DNA of 40,222 nucleotides from a virus (Duplodnaviria; Heunggongvirae; Uroviricota; Caudoviricetes): IMG/VR virus record IMGVR_UViG_2778261638_000008; one strand, 5' to 3'. Shown piece by piece: positions 36,744 to 40,222 of this stretch (position 1 is its first letter; each line of letters starts with the position of its first letter). The notes under the pieces were generated by a model. It saw only the letters and a program-made list of their open reading frames with translations, ran no database searches and was not told where the DNA came from. The position numbers and the translations under genes were made by a program.

Positions 36744-38156
36744 GTGTATAGGTTATCTCTTGTTATGATATCTTTTACCCCCCGGTTATACCAAGAACTA
36801 ATTATTAATCACCAAACCGACATTCTGCGCGGCAACATCTGGGCAGGGATGGGGATGGGTAAAACCGTAGCGACACTCACCACGCTGGAAGATCTTTTCA
36901 TGGCTGGAGCAGAAACACGCCCCGCGCTGGTCCTCGCGCCGCTACGCGTTGCAGCAAGCACATGGCCGGATGAAGCGCTGAAATGGGAGCATCTGCGCAA
37001 TATCGAGGTACAGCCGATTATCGGTAACGCCAAAGCGCGCTCTACGGCGCTGGCGAACAGCAACGCGAGCGTGTTCACCATCAACTACGATAACCTTGTC
37101 TGGCTGGTTGAGGAATTGGGAGAACGATGGCCGTTCGGTACTATCATTCCAGATGAAAGCACCCGGCTAAAATCCTTCCGGCTACGAGGTGGTGGTAAGC
37201 GCGCTGCGGCACTAGGCAAAGTGGCGCATAAGTATGTCCGGCGCTGGATAAATCTCACCGGTACGCCAGCACCGAACGGCCTGGTAGATTTGTGGGGACA
37301 ATCGTGGTTTGTGGACCAGGGGCAACGTCTCGGGCGCACTTACGGCGCGTTTACCTCACGCTGGTTCAACTCGATACAGTTTCCGGGGCAGAGCTGGACC
37401 AAACTAGAGCCGTTTGCTCACTCACAGGCTGAAATACAGCGAGCGTTAGCCGATGTGACCCTCTCGCTGGATGCGGCCGACTGGTTCGATATCAAAGCCC
37501 CCATCCATAACGTAATCCGCGTGGATATGCCGCCGAAGGCCCGTCAGCAGTATCGTGAAATGGAAAAGGAAATGTTCCTCGAGCTGAATGGCGAAGGCAT
37601 CGAAGCACCGAACGCCGCGGCAAAGACACTGAAATGTCTGCAAATCGCCAGTGGCGCAGTATACACAGACGACACCGGAAGTTGGTCAGAACTGCATGAC
37701 ACCAAACTACAAGCGCTGGACAGCATACTGACCGAAGCAGCTGGCGCACCTGTGCTGGTTGCTTATCACTGGAAACACGATCTTGAACGCTTGCTTAAAG
37801 CATTTCCTCGCGGTCGTCACCTCGACCAGGATCCACAGACACTACGTGACTGGAATTCCGGAAAGATTCCTGTTCTCTTTGCACACCCAGCCAGCGCGGG
37901 CCACGGTCTGAACATGCAGGACGGCGGAAATATACTGGTATTTTTCTCACACTGGTGGGACCTGGAGCAGTATCAGCAAATTATTGAACGTATCGGCCCC
38001 ACCAGGCAGATACAGGCCGGACACAATCGTCCGGTATTTATTCACCACATTATTGCTGCCGACACTATGGACGAAATGGTGATGGAGCGGCGCAACTCAA
38101 AACGAACAGTGCAGGACATCCTGCTCGATGCCATGAAAAAGAGAGGTATAGCATGA
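36744..38156 (+). CDS. SNF2/DEAD-like superfamily 2 helicase
   Basis: 470 aa; Walker A GMGMGKT, DExx-like IIPDEST, C-terminal helicase motifs; true start may be the internal Met (MISFTPRLYQ). Confidence 0.8.
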   Translation: MYRLSLVMISFTPRLYQELIINHQTDILRGNIWAGMGMGKTVATLTTLEDLFMAGAETRPALVLAPLRVAASTWPDEALKWEHLRNIEVQPIIGNAKARSTALANSNASVFTINYDNLVWLVEELGERWPFGTIIPDESTRLKSFRLRGGGKRAAALGKVAHKYVRRWINLTGTPAPNGLVDLWGQSWFVDQGQRLGRTYGAFTSRWFNSIQFPGQSWTKLEPFAHSQAEIQRALADVTLSLDAADWFDIKAPIHNVIRVDMPPKARQQYREMEKEMFLELNGEGIEAPNAAAKTLKCLQIASGAVYTDDTGSWSELHDTKLQALDSILTEAAGAPVLVAYHWKHDLERLLKAFPRGRHLDQDPQTLRDWNSGKIPVLFAHPASAGHGLNMQDGGNILVFFSHWWDLEQYQQIIERIGPTRQIQAGHNRPVFIHHIIAADTMDEMVMERRNSKRTVQDILLDAMKKRGIA

Positions 38157-38353
38157 GCGAGAAACCAGACGATTTACTCACCCCGGATGAAGTATGCCAA
38201 AAGCTAGGTATTACACAGAAAACGCTATGTGAGTGGAATATTAAGCATCGTCATCGGGCTATCCTGGCACCAATTCGTTTCAGTGCAAAAGTAGTTCGTT
38301 ATGAGCGCCGAAATGTCGACGCTTTTATTCAAAAATGTCGCAGCCAGTATTAA
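38153..38353 (+). CDS. Excisionase-like / AlpA-family HTH DNA-binding protein
   Basis: 66 aa; LLTPDEVCQKLGITQKTLCEW typical of small phage HTH regulators; adjacent to integrase. Confidence 0.55.
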   Translation: MSEKPDDLLTPDEVCQKLGITQKTLCEWNIKHRHRAILAPIRFSAKVVRYERRNVDAFIQKCRSQY

Positions 38354-39753
38354 CCTCGCCGCCGTAGCAATGCCACCTGCGCAAGTACGCTCCGCTCGTG
38401 AGCCTCGAAAGCTTCGCGCTTCAACGCAATCTCTTCCTGTAAAATCTCATCAGAAAAGTCGTAATGTTCTGCCATCGGGTCATCTGACTTACTGGAGTGG
38501 TGAAGGCAAAGGAGGCTGATTTCCCTTCGGTCTGATCGGGAATAGCCTCTTTCCTTCATCAAGGCAATAACATTGCTCTTAAGGAATTTACGGCACATCG
38601 TATTAAATGCACCGTCTTTCCCTTTAACAGTCCCATCATGTTTTATTCCTTTTACAGCCCCGTCCGGGCTGTATGTTTTCATCAGCTTATCCAGTGATCG
38701 TTTTGAAAATGGCTGCATTGGATCACGTGGCTGCAAAAATACATAATCCCTGTTGCACTCAGGAACTGAATCACGCCAGGCTTTCTGCTCGTCGATAATC
38801 CGCCGGATCTCAGGCGTTATCGGCAGGCGGAAAGCCTTTTGTGTTTTCATAGCCCCTCGCATGCCGATAACCCCTTCCGGATAAACAATTTCACCAGCCT
38901 CCTCGTAAACGTAGTCCCAGCGCAGGTTATGGACATTAATCGGACGAACACCAGTGATGATCATGAAGCGAACAGCATTCTTCTGGTGTACAGAGGTGCA
39001 GGCAGCAACATTGAGCCAGAGTCGGGCGATTGATTCAATATCGGTAAAAAGCCGTGTGGGGGTAGGTTTCTGTACGCGGGAGGAAACATAATCATCTGGC
39101 AGACTGGCGGCAACATTGCGGCCGTTGCAAAGAGTAGGTGCGCAGAACTTCCAGAACCGACGGAGCTCGGCAAACAACTCCAAGGCGTTATTGTTCGAGC
39201 GAGTGGCGATCCACTCGTCCAGTACTTCCACCAGCCGATTGTATGTTACGTCGCTGAACACCTCGCGCTCGCCGAACGTTGCTTTAATCCGGTCGATACG
39301 CACCCCGTAGGTTGTGAAACTGTCCGGGCTCAGCTTCTGCCGGGCGACTTTGGCTTTGAGATCATCCCGATACATTTCCAGCGCTGCATGTACGGACTCT
39401 GCCCGCAGGCCACCGTCAGCCATACCTAGCGCTTTTTCGCGCGCCAGCTGGATGGCGAGCTCCGGCCACTCGCCAAGCTTTTTACCTTTGAGGCCCATCT
39501 TTTTTGGAAACTCGGCGTAAAATGTAACCTTACCGGCTTTGCTGAAATCGATACGGAGATAGTTCTCTTTTTCGTATTTGGAACGGCGAGCCACGCCGGA
39601 AGCAGCGAGGATGATTTTGGCGGCAGCAACACAGATTTTAATGTGTGCGCTGGTATAGGGAGGTTTACAGGCGTCCCATTTTTCAGATGCGGCTAAAACA
39701 TCGTCATTATTGGGGCTATCCGGATTATGTGTTACAGTGCGCGGCATTCTCAA
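38350..39753 (-). CDS. int: Tyrosine integrase (P4-like, with N-terminal DUF4102-like arm-binding region)
   Basis: 467 aa; N-terminal region and C-terminal catalytic region (LHHSSKSDDPMAEHY) resemble P4-type integrases; terminal position next to host gene. Confidence 0.8.
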   Translation of the reverse strand: MRMPRTVTHNPDSPNNDDVLAASEKWDACKPPYTSAHIKICVAAAKIILAASGVARRSKYEKENYLRIDFSKAGKVTFYAEFPKKMGLKGKKLGEWPELAIQLAREKALGMADGGLRAESVHAALEMYRDDLKAKVARQKLSPDSFTTYGVRIDRIKATFGEREVFSDVTYNRLVEVLDEWIATRSNNNALELFAELRRFWKFCAPTLCNGRNVAASLPDDYVSSRVQKPTPTRLFTDIESIARLWLNVAACTSVHQKNAVRFMIITGVRPINVHNLRWDYVYEEAGEIVYPEGVIGMRGAMKTQKAFRLPITPEIRRIIDEQKAWRDSVPECNRDYVFLQPRDPMQPFSKRSLDKLMKTYSPDGAVKGIKHDGTVKGKDGAFNTMCRKFLKSNVIALMKERGYSRSDRREISLLCLHHSSKSDDPMAEHYDFSDEILQEEIALKREAFEAHERSVLAQVALLRRRG

Positions 39754-39952
39754 TCCTTATCTGCGTAGGCGCAGAAAACAAGCTCACACATACAAGTCTT
39801 TTCTACGGGACAAAATGCAATGTGTTGCGGTTTTGTGTTGCTGGACTGAGTTTATCAAGGTTAAATACACTGGATCAACATACAGTAAGTTAATGACAGT
39901 AAAGCATACAAACTCGATACAACTTACTGATTTTAAAATGATTTAACGGTAA

Positions 39953-40222
<270 letters not shown>

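Overview
This window is almost entirely one integrated temperate myovirus-type prophage, read from sequence and the ORF track only (no database search was run; protein family names are from remembered motifs). From 575 to about 23700 the minus strand carries the late genes in reverse order: holin, lambda R-like endolysin, spanin, small and large terminase, portal, Mu F-like head protein, scaffold/protease, major capsid, neck, sheath, tube, chaperone with a -1 frameshift, tape measure, baseplate, tail fibre and tail fibre assembly. 24127-27602 (minus) holds Q antiterminator, an iteron-type origin, a PrimPol/helicase and Cro. 27744-38353 (plus) holds the CI repressor, a pL-like promoter with a boxA leader, and an early operon (DUF2800-like nuclease, DUF2815-like SSB, family A DNA polymerase, DUF4406-like, VRR-NUC, SNF2-like helicase, excisionase-like). 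A P4-like integrase (38350-39753, minus) abuts the host ferredoxin gene yfhL at the right edge. Four visibly AT-rich cargo insertions interrupt otherwise syntenic modules and are the best candidates for an undescribed system, most likely phage defence or superinfection exclusion: (1) a two-gene cassette with its own terminator inside the baseplate module (5245-6395), whose small protein has HEPN-like motifs; (2) a coiled-coil/zinc-ribbon gene antisense to the early-left leader (28837-29361); (3) a membrane-anchored gene between SSB and polymerase (32554-33084); (4) a polytopic membrane protein plus coupled micro-ORF between VRR-NUC and helicase (35959-36722). A truncated AT-rich glycosyltransferase-like gene sits at the left edge (1-480). 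None of the four can be assigned to a known system from sequence alone.
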